The notes under the pieces were generated by a model. That model ran no database searches, was not told where the DNA came from, and saw nothing but the letters and a program-made list of their open reading frames with translations. This document shows positions 10,373-17,760 of a stretch of DNA of 44,112 nt, in pieces. Every line of letters starts with the position of its first letter. Position 1 is the first letter of the stretch. Made by a program: the position numbers and the translations under genes. Source of the DNA: a virus (Duplodnaviria > Caudoviricetes); the IMG/VR virus record IMGVR_UViG_3300048599_000714, positions 1 to 44,112 of that record. One strand, given 5' to 3'.

Positions 10373-10779
10373 TTATGCAGCTTCTTCAAATGTGAATGAA
10401 CCAGTTGGAGTTAATTCAATTTCACAAGTTAAGATATCTGGTTTATCAGAATCTACATCCACTGGTTTAAATGAACTTACACCAGCTTCAAATACGAAGT
10501 AATCTCCAGTAGGCCAAAGAATTTTATAGTTAGCATCTTCTTGCGTAGAATCGTATAGATTCACATACCTGAAGCTACTGCAAGAGTGACTTTGAATGAA
10601 CCTAGTTCAGTAAGTCCACCAAAAATCTTTTCTTTGTATCCATTAGAATCTTGTGTAGTTGAATCAATATATTCTCTGATTACTTCTGGATTATCCATCT
10701 TTCGAATTTCACCCAAAGTAGTAAATACACCTGAAGCAGTTTCTTTCTGAAGGCCGAATCCAAAGTTGCTTTTAGCCAT
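10373..10779 (-). pseudogene. Major tail tube protein split by a frameshift (10561-10779 + 10373-10564)
   Basis: N-half (IDSTTQDSNGYKEKIFGGLTELGSF) and C-half (YKILWPTGDYFVFEAGVSSF..IELTPTG) together form one ~135 aa tail tube; junction ATGTGAAT. Confidence 0.75.
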
Positions 10780-10827
10780 TTTAATATCTCCTAAATTTGT
10801 CCTAATTAAATTTCAATTGTTAAATTC

Positions 10828-11175
10828 TCAATTGTTATACTCTGTGATAAAGAACTCTAATACAGTTCTATAGAGGTTTAGTTCAATGTCTTTTTCGTAG
10901 AAGTCATTCTCTAACCATGCTATATGAAAATCTTGAGTGTTTAAATCCAGCGCGATTTTTACTTCTTCTGCTAGTTCTCTTGATTTAACGAGAGAAGTAC
11001 CATAGCATTCTATTTGAAATCTATTGGTTTCTCCGAGATTACCTGATTGACTGCGAATTTTGTTTGTAGAAATTCTTCGATAAACAATGACATCAGCCGC
11101 CCTTCCCGGTTTTTCACAAGCTACAGTTTCACAGATTGAACTTAACTTTGTATATAACTTATTTTCTACTTCCAT
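10828..11175 (-). CDS. Tail completion/terminator protein
   Basis: IVYRRIS..RFQIECY..ELAEEVKIAL; position before tail tube. Confidence 0.75.
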   Translation of the reverse strand: MEVENKLYTKLSSICETVACEKPGRAADVIVYRRISTNKIRSQSGNLGETNRFQIECYGTSLVKSRELAEEVKIALDLNTQDFHIAWLENDFYEKDIELNLYRTVLEFFITEYNN

Positions 11176-11191
11176 TATTAAGTTACCTCTT

Positions 11192-11536
11192 TCATGTGAT
11201 ATCTTTCATTCTCTTCTCTAGTTCATCTTTAATAGCCACTAAAATTTCAGCTTGATGTTCATCAATCGCTGGACGTAGAAAAGGTTTCCCTATCCATTTA
11301 CTATTCCCATACTCAACATAGAAAGCATAGTTAGCACTAATGTTTACTTGTGCGCCATTTTCTATTTCTCTAGATGAAATTGAATTTCTTAGAAATCCAG
11401 TTTTTACGGGTGCATTTTCTTTTGCATAGCCTTCTAATGTAATGGCTCCAGCAAGTAACCCTTTATTTATTTCTAGGTCTTTAAGGTCTTTGAATTGTGT
11501 AAGAAGTTCATTTAGACCCTTGATTTCTATGTCCAT
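11192..11536 (-). CDS. HK97 gp10-family neck protein
   Basis: AKENAPVKTGFLRNSI, YAFYVEYG, KPFLRPA. Confidence 0.9.
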   Translation of the reverse strand: MDIEIKGLNELLTQFKDLKDLEINKGLLAGAITLEGYAKENAPVKTGFLRNSISSREIENGAQVNISANYAFYVEYGNSKWIGKPFLRPAIDEHQAEILVAIKDELEKRMKDIT

Positions 11537-11543
11537 AATTCCT

Positions 11544-11942
11544 CTATGCGCTAATAAATTTACAGGTAACTAAAGTACAGGTAACACCTCTTTGAATTCC
11601 CTGAATTCCATAGAAAATTCCTGAAACTGATTCTCCATTTCTTTCAATTACTTCTATTAGGTCATCTTCAGTAAAGTTATTGAGTTCTTCTAAAGGTAAT
11701 CTAACCGAAATCTCTTTATCAATTACTGTTAAATCTGAAGGGTAAGTTTTGCTTGCCGAATTTATTTTTATCCCACAAGGTATTCCACTTCCTGAAATTC
11801 CAGAATAAGGTACATAGCTTTTTATCAAACCACCATAAGAATCTTTACTTTGTTCAAGTCGATTAATCACACATAAATCAAACATTGATTCTATTTGAAG
11901 GTCTATGAGCTTTTCTAGTTCGTTGCCTATAATCTTTCTCAT
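11544..11942 (-). CDS. Head closure / head-tail adaptor
   Basis: Position; DSYGG motif; start MRKIIG (11942) has GAGGT RBS. Confidence 0.6.
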   Translation of the reverse strand: MRKIIGNELEKLIDLQIESMFDLCVINRLEQSKDSYGGLIKSYVPYSGISGSGIPCGIKINSASKTYPSDLTVIDKEISVRLPLEELNNFTEDDLIEVIERNGESVSGIFYGIQGIQRGVTCTLVTCKFISA

Positions 11943-11949
11943 AAGAACC

Positions 11950-12324
11950 TCATAATAATGGTTTGAATGAATAAGGGTTTTCTTCGAAAGTAATTTCACC
12001 AATTTCTAGATTACCAGGTAGATATGGAGAAGCATCTCTTTCAGCTTGTAAGAATAAAGACTGTAGTTGATTAAATGCCTGATTTCTACTGAATGAACTC
12101 CCATCTATACTGAAGCCATAATCCAAGGAAATCTCAGTTAGAGCGGCTTTTAAGAATGAATAAATGCCAAGTTTATGAAGCTTATTCGTATCAGTGGCTA
12201 AACTTTCGTCAATAACACCATAGAGTTCTAAGGTATCTTCTACAACAAGTTCATAGTTTGTTTCAGTCCAATTCAATTGATTTGAAAGGGAAGAAAATCT
12301 AGCTTCTAAATAGTCTTTTAACAT
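11950..12324 (-). CDS. Head-tail connector protein
   Basis: First gene after capsid; FSIDGSSFSRNQ; GGAGG RBS. Confidence 0.6.
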   Translation of the reverse strand: MLKDYLEARFSSLSNQLNWTETNYELVVEDTLELYGVIDESLATDTNKLHKLGIYSFLKAALTEISLDYGFSIDGSSFSRNQAFNQLQSLFLQAERDASPYLPGNLEIGEITFEENPYSFKPLL

Positions 12325-12349
12325 TTTTTCTACCTCCCTTTAAATATTA

Positions 12350-12380
12350 GAAAAGAGGGCATTAAATTTGCCCTCTTTTC
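12350..12380. terminator. Intrinsic terminator after major capsid gene
   Basis: GAAAAGAGGGCA-7nt-TGCCCTCTTTTC. Confidence 0.8.
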
Positions 12381-12398
12381 ATGGAACGAAACAAGATA

Positions 12399-13463
12399 TT
12401 AGCGAGTTAGAGTAGGTTTAACGTAAGAAGTTCCACCAGTGTATAGAACAGCACCAGCAGCACGATTCCAAACCGAAACACCCATATATGCTTTGAAAGC
12501 TTTTGCAGTAATTACTGGATTTCCATATTCCATATCACCAACTAGACCCTGAACGTATTTATCTTCACGATAAACGAGAGGTTTTTCACTTGCTCCAGTG
12601 GCTAGAACTGCAATGTAATTTGCAGGAACCCAAGAGCGAGTATAGACAGGGTAGGAATCCCAATAACCAACAAGCTTATTAGCAGGGTCATTATCGACAT
12701 TATCACGAACGATAGTAGCATCTGAAGTATTTGCAGGAACAAGAACAGCGCTTGTTAACTTTACAAATTTTGTTGAAGTTAAACCGGAAAGAGTAGCTAC
12801 CATTGCTTCAGGAACAAATAGAGAGACACCTTTCATATTCCCGTGTTCAACAACATTGGAGATTAGGGAATCAATATCTGTATAGGCTAGAGAACCACCA
12901 GCGCGGCCTTTATAGTGCGTATGGGTAGAACCGTCAAAAGTAGTTCCATTTGGGGCGTCTGGAATAGCGGCTCCATCTGCATTTAGAAAAGCCTTCACAG
13001 CTAGAGAAGTTTTGTCTACGAAGGTATCAACATAGGTGTAGTTGACATTGTTGAAGATGGAGAATAGGAGTTCATCTTGAATTCTTTGAGCATAAGCAGT
13101 CTGAACGCCAAGTAACTTTTTGGCAATCTCTTTACCTGTAGCTCTCTGGAGATAATCATTTGTCCAACCGGTGGATACCTCAAACTTTCGAAGTGGAAAG
13201 CCTAGTTCTAAACCTGAAGTAGGCGCTTGAGTTCTAGCAACGCCGAATTCATCGACTTCATTCATTTCCATTCGTTCACTACCGCCCCAAATTCTTCTCT
13301 GGTCTGTAGTTCTTTCGGCTAATAATGTCATCTGTTCGTTGATTGAAGCGTTTAACCAATCTAGATGCGCTTGAATGGAATCATTAATATTATCAATGCC
13401 TAGAGTAGCAATGTTCGTGAAACTCTGGGCGAGTAAATCGTCTAAAGAATAAATTTTGCTCAT
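12399..13463 (-). CDS. Major capsid protein
   Basis: 354 aa after scaffold and decoration genes, followed by a terminator and connector genes. Confidence 0.8.
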   Translation of the reverse strand: MSKIYSLDDLLAQSFTNIATLGIDNINDSIQAHLDWLNASINEQMTLLAERTTDQRRIWGGSERMEMNEVDEFGVARTQAPTSGLELGFPLRKFEVSTGWTNDYLQRATGKEIAKKLLGVQTAYAQRIQDELLFSIFNNVNYTYVDTFVDKTSLAVKAFLNADGAAIPDAPNGTTFDGSTHTHYKGRAGGSLAYTDIDSLISNVVEHGNMKGVSLFVPEAMVATLSGLTSTKFVKLTSAVLVPANTSDATIVRDNVDNDPANKLVGYWDSYPVYTRSWVPANYIAVLATGASEKPLVYREDKYVQGLVGDMEYGNPVITAKAFKAYMGVSVWNRAAGAVLYTGGTSYVKPTLTR

Positions 13464-13502
13464 TTTTCTTTTACCTCTAATTAAATTTTTCGTGAAACTG
13501 GT

Positions 13503-13895
13503 TTAGCGAATCACTACTATCTCCGAATCAGTTATGACTTTTGCTACGGGTTTATCTGCTACATTTTGAGCTGTAGTACCTAGCTTGCCTTTGGTATCCG
13601 ATACGTATAGGAAGCTCGCTGGAGTCATCGATTCAGCATAGTTACAAATGGCGCCTAATCCGAATAGAGTAACAGCGCCGCCACTTGTAACAGCGCGCAT
13701 AGCAAAACCGTCAAAGTCACTTACACCAGAAATAGTTGTTTCGGTCGAAACAGCACCGTACACTTTTCCATCAGAATCAATACGGCAAGCTTCACCTTTA
13801 GTGAGGGCCTCACCAGCATGTAATTCAGAAATGGATACACATTTTTGAGCGCTGAAACCATCAATACCGAAATTAGAAATTGTTAAATCGGCCAT
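13503..13895 (-). CDS. Head decoration / capsid cement protein
   Basis: AGEALTKGEACRIDSDGK motif, 130 aa, immediately before capsid gene. Confidence 0.65.
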   Translation of the reverse strand: MADLTISNFGIDGFSAQKCVSISELHAGEALTKGEACRIDSDGKVYGAVSTETTISGVSDFDGFAMRAVTSGGAVTLFGLGAICNYAESMTPASFLYVSDTKGKLGTTAQNVADKPVAKVITDSEIVVIR

Positions 13896-13906
13896 TTTTA
13901 AATCTC

Positions 13907-14311
13907 CTAAAAAATTTGACTAAATTTTCTTTTGGGTTTATTGGGTTGTTCTTCATTTTGTCTTGAAGTAGGAACCTGTTTTAGAGGAATTTTGTTTTCT
14001 TCTTTTCGCAAAAATTCATACTGTTCAGTTAGTGAAAGACTGTCTAGAAGCTTTCTGTAGTTTTCTGGAATATCTTTCTTTAATTGAGTAACTAAATCTT
14101 GAAGAACACTTTCATAAGACGATAATCTGCCTTCATAGTCCTTTTTCACATTTTCTAGTTCGTCTTTGATTTGTTTAGAAGATGCGCGTTCTCTAGATAA
14201 ACGGTCCTGGACTAGCTTGTTAACTTCTGTTTGCGTGAATTTCTTCTCTTCATTTGTTACCGGAGTGTCAACCGTAGAATCATCACTAGAAGTATTAATT
14301 TCATCTGTCAT
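13907..14311 (-). CDS. Capsid scaffolding protein (DUF4355-like)
   Basis: EEKKFTQTEVNKLVQDRLSRE signature, coiled coil; start MTDEIN with AGGAG RBS. Confidence 0.8.
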   Translation of the reverse strand: MTDEINTSSDDSTVDTPVTNEEKKFTQTEVNKLVQDRLSRERASSKQIKDELENVKKDYEGRLSSYESVLQDLVTQLKKDIPENYRKLLDSLSLTEQYEFLRKEENKIPLKQVPTSRQNEEQPNKPKRKFSQIF

Positions 14312-14365
14312 TTTTAAGTCTCCTATTTTGTAAGTGTTTTGTTTCACTGTCATTTTTAATTAACA

Positions 14366-14431
14366 AGAGAGAAGAATAACAAAAAATTTACTCATAAAAT
14401 CTCAATTAATAAAATGGTTATTCTTCTCTCT
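14366..14431. repeat. Perfect 15-bp inverted repeat with 36-bp spacer upstream of the structural operon
   Basis: AGAGAGAAGAATAAC (14366-14380) / GTTATTCTTCTCTCT (14417-14431). Confidence 0.85.
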
Positions 14432-14456
14432 AATATATATAGCTAATAACTAGGGC

Positions 14457-14672
14457 TTAATGGGTACAATTAAGGCTTTCTAGCTCCCTTTCAGATAAAT
14501 CACAAAAAGAAATCTCTCTATTTGTTGAATCTAGGTATCTTGCGTGTTTGTCTATCTTTACAAGGGCTTTTGCCCATGCTTCCCCCTTGAAAGTTTTCCA
14601 GCATGAATTATATAAATCAAATTTTGTAGACTTTCCACAAATAGCACATTTATTCATTTTCTTCTTCCTCAT
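14457..14672 (-). CDS. Small Zn-ribbon-like hypothetical protein
   Basis: CAICG..LYNSC; likely start MNKC. Confidence 0.5.
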   Translation of the reverse strand: MRKKKMNKCAICGKSTKFDLYNSCWKTFKGEAWAKALVKIDKHARYLDSTNREISFCDLSERELESLNCTH

Positions 14673-14844
14673 AGTTAAATCTCAAAACTCTCTCTTCATC
14701 AAAATATTCGTAAGAGAATCGGCCAAATTTATATTTAAATTCTTTGTCAATTACTAATTGATAATTAATTGGGTAATTTACGTAAGAATAATGTTCCCTG
14801 GCATTTCTTACCATTTCTAAAAATTCTTCATTTGATATTTTCAT
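14650..14844 (-). CDS. Hypothetical phage protein
   Basis: 64 aa, in the operon, AAGGAAAG RBS. Confidence 0.55.
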   Translation of the reverse strand: MKISNEEFLEMVRNAREHYSYVNYPINYQLVIDKEFKYKFGRFSYEYFDEERVLRFNYEEEENE

Positions 14845-14864
14845 AATCTTTCCTTACTGTTAAT

Positions 14865-15020
14865 TTAACAGTTCTTTTTTCTCATTCCTGGGATAACTAC
14901 AGCTACCACAAAGAAAGCTGAAATAAAAATCCTCGTGGATACTTCATTTACAGACAAGAATAAAAGCAAAAATAGAATGCAAAGATAGAAGTACGGGTTA
15001 GTAATAAAATCTATTTTCAT
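14865..15020 (-). CDS. Small 2-TM membrane protein (51 aa, not in ORF track)
   Basis: Hand translation MKIDFITNPYFYLCILFLLLFLSVNEVSTRIFISAFFVVAVVIPGMRKKNC*; AGGAG RBS. Confidence 0.65.
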   Translation of the reverse strand: MKIDFITNPYFYLCILFLLLFLSVNEVSTRIFISAFFVVAVVIPGMRKKNC

Positions 15021-15177
15021 GTTGTCTCCTAAAGCCCGTTTTGTTCTACGGGCTTATTTTTGGTTAAATATTAAAAATTGTGAATTTATATCTTCGATTA
15101 ACTACAAGATAGTAAAATCGCTCTATGGGCTTATTTTGGGCCTTCTATGGCATTCTAGAGAGCTTTTTCTATGCGAA

Positions 15178-16317
15178 TTAAACAAACGCTCTTAAGCCTA
15201 TAATGGCATTACTGTAATCAGAGTGACCCTCACCTAGTTTGCTTATGTCAAACCATTGTTTATCCCCGTAATACTTTTCTATCTTCTTGAAAACTATTTT
15301 TTCTTCTGGATATTTAAATCTCTCAAGACCAAAGCGTTTTAAAAAAATCTTTTGATACTCCGTACTTGGAAGAAGATTATCATCCTGATTTGGAGTTTTT
15401 TGATTATTGATATCCGATTCGGGATATTTGTCTACCTGAATAGAACTACTCGCTGAGTTAGTCGCTAAGAGTGTACTCTCACTGGATGGTTGTAAACCTG
15501 GAAAATCCGCTGAAAGCGTATCATTTTGAGAACTTGATGAATCAAAAATACTTTCTAGAATATTCGCTGAAAGCGTAAATTTTTTAGAATCATTAGAATC
15601 ATCAGAATGATTACTTTCTTTAGAGTGATTACTTTCATTTTTTAAATTATCATTCTCTAAATCAATTTCAGTATGTTCTATTGCCGAAGGCATTGACTCA
15701 ATGACTGAAGGAGCGTTAGCGACTGAAGGAGATGAGTCAAGTTCTTTTTCCGAAAAAAGAGTTTCTACAGTTTCTACAGTCTTGAGAGTATTGTCATCGG
15801 TCTCTTTTACCGATACATTAGGTAAATTTACCGTATGTATAGGTAAAATGACCGTATGTATAGGTAAATTTACCGAAACAACTTTTTCAGAATAAAAGGG
15901 TTCAATCTTATTTTCTGTAGCATACTTCATAAAAAGACTGTAATAGCTTTCTTTTATTTCACTATTTTCTGTTTGCTTATTCCTGATTTCTTCTGCATAT
16001 TCCCAAAATGCAGTTTCTTCTGTATCTAATTTATCTGTGATTGCTAAGATTTGAGCATGATTCCTTAAACCTTCTTTTGTCCTACTTACCAAATAACCCT
16101 CTGAAATTAGGAGGTCTTTCTTTGCTTTCACGGTCTTTTCTGTATAGCCTAATTCTTCTGCAATCGTGCTTCTCGTTGCTTTGCAAAGATTATCATTACC
16201 CATTAATGCGAAACGCTTAATTTTTCCAAATACATCAGCTAAAGCTCTATCTGAATACTTCCAGGTCAAAAAATCACTAACCATCGTAAATCCATTAAAT
16301 CTATTGTTGTTGTTCAT
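15178..16317 (-). CDS. Phage replication initiator (N-terminal wHTH, internal iterons)
   Basis: CKATRSTIAEELGYTEKTVKAKKDLLISEGYL HTH; internal 21-bp repeats; low-complexity linker. Confidence 0.75.
   Translation of the reverse strand: MNNNNRFNGFTMVSDFLTWKYSDRALADVFGKIKRFALMGNDNLCKATRSTIAEELGYTEKTVKAKKDLLISEGYLVSRTKEGLRNHAQILAITDKLDTEETAFWEYAEEIRNKQTENSEIKESYYSLFMKYATENKIEPFYSEKVVSVNLPIHTVILPIHTVNLPNVSVKETDDNTLKTVETVETLFSEKELDSSPSVANAPSVIESMPSAIEHTEIDLENDNLKNESNHSKESNHSDDSNDSKKFTLSANILESIFDSSSSQNDTLSADFPGLQPSSESTLLATNSASSSIQVDKYPESDINNQKTPNQDDNLLPSTEYQKIFLKRFGLERFKYPEEKIVFKKIEKYYGDKQWFDISKLGEGHSDYSNAIIGLRAFV
15819..15875. repeat. 21-bp tandem iterons (putative phage origin)
   Basis: TAGGTAAATTTACCGTATGTA / TAGGTAAAATGACCGTATGTA / TAGGTAAATTTACCG. 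Confidence 0.8.
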
Positions 16318-16346
16318 AGTATTTTTATTCCTTTCTTCGAAAATTA

Positions 16347-16583
16347 TTAAAGAATCCAAAAATTACAAGCTTTCCAGAAAAAACCAAATGGGTTAAATCT
16401 TTGTCCTGGTTTTAACTCATTTCTTGGTGGATTAACAGCAAAGTAGTGAAGCACACTCTTCACTTTCTCAAGTCCAAATTCTTTCACCATGAGCATCATT
16501 CTCTTTTCATCAAAGTATTCACTGTCAAAAGTCATTTCAAAAAGTTCTTTTAGCTCATTCATTTCAATATCGTTTATTTTCAT
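16347..16583 (-). CDS. Hypothetical phage protein
   Basis: 78 aa, GAGGA RBS, upstream of the replication gene. Confidence 0.6.
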   Translation of the reverse strand: MKINDIEMNELKELFEMTFDSEYFDEKRMMLMVKEFGLEKVKSVLHYFAVNPPRNELKPGQRFNPFGFFWKACNFWIL

Positions 16584-16625
16584 TTTGTTTGTCCTCTTTA
16601 AATTACAATATACTGCGTGAATTAT

Positions 16626-17000
16626 CTACATACATTTATTCCGAAGAAAATAATCAATTACATAAGTTGTTGGAGTTTCATCTAAGTTTCGCCATTTGCC
16701 ATTGAAGTATATTAAATTTGTCTTTGTTTCCTCAAATCGGATATCTTCGTTAATTGGCGTTTCGTGTTCGGCAACAACTAATAAGGCAGGCTTTTCAGCT
16801 TTAGCAAAGTCATTAACCATTCTTTCCAAAGCAAGTTTTTGACCGTAAGGAAGCGGATTGCCTTTAACTTTGCATTCAACTAATACCCATCCCTTGTTTC
16901 CATAATCTAAAATAGCGTCAATATCTGTGAACTGCTTTCCCTGAATTTTTGTTTCTGAGAAATCTAACTTCTGGTGGAATCTTCCTGAATTTACTATCAT
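16626..17000 (-). CDS. PD-(D/E)XK nuclease-fold protein
   Basis: TDIDAI..VLVECK..GQKLAL motif pattern. Confidence 0.6.
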   Translation of the reverse strand: MIVNSGRFHQKLDFSETKIQGKQFTDIDAILDYGNKGWVLVECKVKGNPLPYGQKLALERMVNDFAKAEKPALLVVAEHETPINEDIRFEETKTNLIYFNGKWRNLDETPTTYVIDYFLRNKCM

Positions 17001-17462
17001 TTAGTTTCATGTCCTAATTCCTTTTAACTTACCCTTTGAACATTTTCCTCAAAATTTGAGGTTAAATAGCAATATGGCCTTGACTTTTATTTTGAAAGCC
17101 AAAAAGCCTATTTAAAGTAATGAGAAGCCGGTTACCGTTCGTTGAATCTCAAAGTCAATGGACTCTGAGAAGCAACTTAAACCAAACAGCATTATAGCAC
17201 ATTTGTGCTTTAAATACAAGTAGGGAAGTCCCTACTATCTAATAGGTAATTCCCAATGAATTTCTATTCTGTTTATATTTATATTATACACTTTTTTAAA
17301 AAAAGTGGTGACAAATTAAAATGTAGAATAATTTTATTCTACATTACTATTATACCACGAAGAGGCCATATACTGAGTAAAGTTATCAGTGATAACAATT
17401 ATTAAGAAGATTTTCTGCTATTTTCTTGCCAAATCTTCCATAATGAACATACTTCTTATCAA

Positions 17463-17497
17463 GCCCCTGGTGGGTCTCGAACCCGCAACCTACTGAT
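17463..17497 (-). repeat. Inverted duplicate of tRNA 3' half (att-like)
   Basis: Reverse complement ATCAGTAGGTTGCGGGTTCGAGACCcaCCaGGGGC matches 17609-17643 at 32/35, first 25 bp identical. Confidence 0.9.
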
Positions 17498-17516
17498 AAA
17501 GGAATAATAAAAAGTA

Positions 17517-17528
17517 GTGGTATAATAG
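17517..17528 (+). promoter_or_regulatory. Extended -10 (TGGTATAAT) upstream of tRNA; inverted twin at 17347-17358
   Basis: GTGGTATAATAG at 17517 and CTATTATACCAC at 17347. Confidence 0.5.
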
Positions 17529-17570
17529 AGCAACTGATTTTTTGATTACAGTCATGAAGCAAGTTGCCAC

Positions 17571-17647
17571 GCCCTCGTAGCTCAATTGGATAGAGCGCCT
17601 GACTTCGAATCAGTAGGTTGCGGGTTCGAGACCTGCCGGGGGCGCCA
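17571..17647 (+). tRNA. tRNA-Arg(TCG)
   Basis: Acceptor GCCCTCG/CGGGGGC, D arm, anticodon loop CTTCGAA, T loop TTCGAGA, encoded CCA. Confidence 0.95.
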
Positions 17648-17651
17648 TGAT

Positions 17652-17686
17652 ATGTGGGGGTTCGGATAACACCGGCCCCCACATTT
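17652..17686 (+). terminator. Hairpin between tRNA and convergent integrase
   Basis: ATGTGGGGG..CCCCCACAT followed by short T run. Confidence 0.55.
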
Positions 17687-17736
17687 GCTATCTGATGAAC
17701 CTTTTTGAGCGCTGTTTTTGCCATTTTTTTTGTCCT

Positions 17737-17758
17737 GCCTGCAATTTGCCTGCAATTT
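17737..17758 (+). repeat. Tandem 11-bp repeat, putative integrase arm-binding sites
   Basis: GCCTGCAATTT x2 between tRNA and integrase stop. Confidence 0.5.
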
Positions 17759-17760
17759 AG

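Larger units (their letters stand above)
1..17497 (-). mobile_element. Compact siphovirus-like prophage (left boundary outside window)
   Basis: Contiguous minus-strand terminase, portal, capsid, tail, tape measure and replication genes. AT-rich relative to the right half. Ends at a tRNA-derived att-like fragment. Confidence 0.9.

Noticed and set aside
10373-10779. TGA read-through or alternative genetic code in the phage
   Set aside because: The tail-like C-half is in a different frame, and other phage genes are full length under the standard code.
1-14311. Gene transfer agent
   Set aside because: Linked replication initiator with iterons, foreign AT-rich composition and an att-like end fit a prophage better.
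15819-15875. CRISPR array
   Set aside because: Contiguous in-frame tandem repeats without spacers; no cas genes in the window.
17386-17724. 112-aa minus-strand ORF
   Set aside because: It is the antisense translation of the tRNA gene and its inverted fragment.
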